From Eremomyces bilateralis CBS 781.70 (taxonomy: Eukaryota): a stretch of DNA of 64,000 nt. Position numbers and translations under genes: made by a program. The notes beneath the pieces are model-generated. The model worked only from the letters and a program-made list of their open reading frames with translations, was not told where the DNA came from and searched no databases. The number at the start of each line of letters is the position of its first letter. Positions within the stretch are counted from its first letter, which is position 1. This document shows, in pieces, positions 62,566 to 64,000 of the stretch. The stretch is taken from NCBI GenBank assembly GCA_010015585.1, contig ML975149.1; one strand, written 5' to 3'.

Positions 62566-63181
62566 ATGGTACGCTGGATTCCTCAGTCCAACTAGAAGAA
62601 ACCAACGCTCACGAAATGCAGTCGTCCGGAAAGGTCAAGGCTGCCCAGCTCTGGGGGAAGAGCAAAGATGATCTCAAGAAGCAACTCGATGACCTGAAGC
62701 AAGAGCTGGTCCAGCTGCGCACACAGAAGATTGCCGGAGGCGCTTCATCGAAACTCACCAAAATGTAATGCTCCCTATACCGCGTGAAATCCGCTGGTTC
62801 CTGTGTCATTCGGGTGGCGCATTGGACAGTCCTCATGGATATCTATGCATGTTGATATGAACCTTCACTAACGCTCCAATCTTCAGCCACGATGTCCGGA
62901 AATCCATTGCTCGAGTCCTCACCATCATCAACGCCAACCAACGCGCCCAACTCCGTCTCTTCTACAAGAACAAGAAGTACCTCCCGCTCGACCTCCGCCC
63001 CAAGACCACCCGCGCCATGCGACGAAGGTTATCGCCGGCGGATGCCGCCAAGGTGACGGAGAAGCAGAAGAAGAAGCAGACCCATTTCCCGCAGAGAGTC
63101 TATGCCATCAAGGTATACTTTTACGAACCCCTGTGCTGGGTGTGAATGATCGGAATCAAGGCTAATGTGACGCAGGCATGA
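62566..63181 (+). CDS. RPL35: 60S ribosomal protein L35 (uL29); exons 62566-62568, 62622-62764, 62887-63112, 63176-63181
   Basis: [69 protein letters not shown]. Confidence 0.98.
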
Positions 63182-63659
63182 AAGCATAATGGGCACATGG
63201 TGTTTCTGGGTTTGATAGCATTGCACTTGCAGCGGTCTGCATCGTTCACTTCCATCCAGGTAGACGGATCGGTCATGTATCCCTGACGGCGGTTTCGATA
63301 AAAAGCAAGAATGGAACTTCTACAGCGTCAAAAAAGTTATCCCACTCAAATCATCAAAGTGCACGGCCATTTCAATATCAATCCGGATCTTTGCGACTCG
63401 AGTCCAACCCCTCCAGAACAAGAGCATCCGTCCATGAGGGGTTATGATCGTACCTGTGTGCAGAGACCGATGCCAAGGCCATTTCCACCATTTTCCTAGA
63501 CCAATTACCAATGTCCACCAGTAATCCAGCTTGCCCAGAGTCTCCGTATATGCAGTTCGGGGCCACTTCCTACAGTAGCGCTGCATAGAACCCAGTAGGG
63601 AAGCGGCGTAGGATCAACGTGACAGGGAGCGTAATATGAGTATCTCAACATTATTGCTA

Positions 63660-64000
63660 ACGTAATCCACAAGTGAGTTAGCGATACAAGCGAGTTAGCC
63701 AGGCCAAATCTCACCAAAATCGGGATATTTCATAACCCTCTATCACAAAAACAACATTATAATAAAGTATAAAAGTTGATGGATAGACTTTACCAGTCAT
63801 TTTAAGCCTTTCCTTAAATTTATAGAGCTCTAGCTATTGTGGTTGTGGATATACCTAGGTCAGAGTAGATTCTAGCACCTTTTAGCACCTAGGATCTAGA
63901 TATATCTATCTACCACTACAATAGCTAGGGCTGTAAAAATTCAAGGAAAGGCTTAAAATGACTAGTGAAGTCTATCCATCAACTTTTAGATTTTATTATA
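63660..64000. mobile_element. Non-autonomous fold-back MITE of the Tc1/mariner (pogo/Fot1-like) type, truncated by the window edge
   Basis: TA (63658-63659) followed by ACGTAATCCACAAGTGAGTTAGCGATACAAGCGAGTTAGCCA, an ACGT-starting end with an internal direct repeat. 63758 to about 63860 is the imperfect reverse complement of about 63890-64000. AT-rich, no ORF. Confidence 0.85.

Noticed and set aside
1..64000. tRNA, rRNA, CRISPR array, telomerase template, TPP riboswitch, TGA-CTA readthrough to a PTS1
   Set aside because: Looked for by eye and not found; a covariance-model scan would be needed to exclude small RNAs.

Overview
Gene-dense, intron-containing DNA from a filamentous ascomycete (Pezizomycotina, possibly a Dothideomycete; species cannot be determined). 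Introns are short GT-AG with CTRAC/CTAAT branch points. I can support 29 spliced protein-coding genes. Two housekeeping blocks flank the window. 0.5-19 kb holds SSP120, MZT1, COX10, RXT2, mitochondrial ProRS, MIX23, a PaaI thioesterase, CDC9 and MAK21. 42.5-63.2 kb holds a CHORD protein, a PTS1-like hydrolase, an RTT107/Brc1-like BRCT protein, VPS25, BCKDH E2, a SAM carrier, SCAP, ACL4, ATP10, GOS1 and RPL35. Between them is an accessory block (20-41.3 kb) with a secreted GH37 trehalase, a PTR peptide transporter, a cutinase and a compact five-gene cluster (BVMO-type monooxygenase, SDR, bZIP regulator, MFS transporter, Zn-dependent dehydrogenase). A fold-back pogo/Fot1-type MITE runs off the right edge, and a 95-N assembly gap lies inside the CHORD gene. 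Best leads: the five-gene cluster beside the cutinase; tandem in-frame splice donors in CDC9 that each rebuild a PCNA-binding box; a recurrent C-rich then G-rich switch near the 3' end of many genes; and the MITE. Gene names rest on motif recognition by eye; no database search was run.
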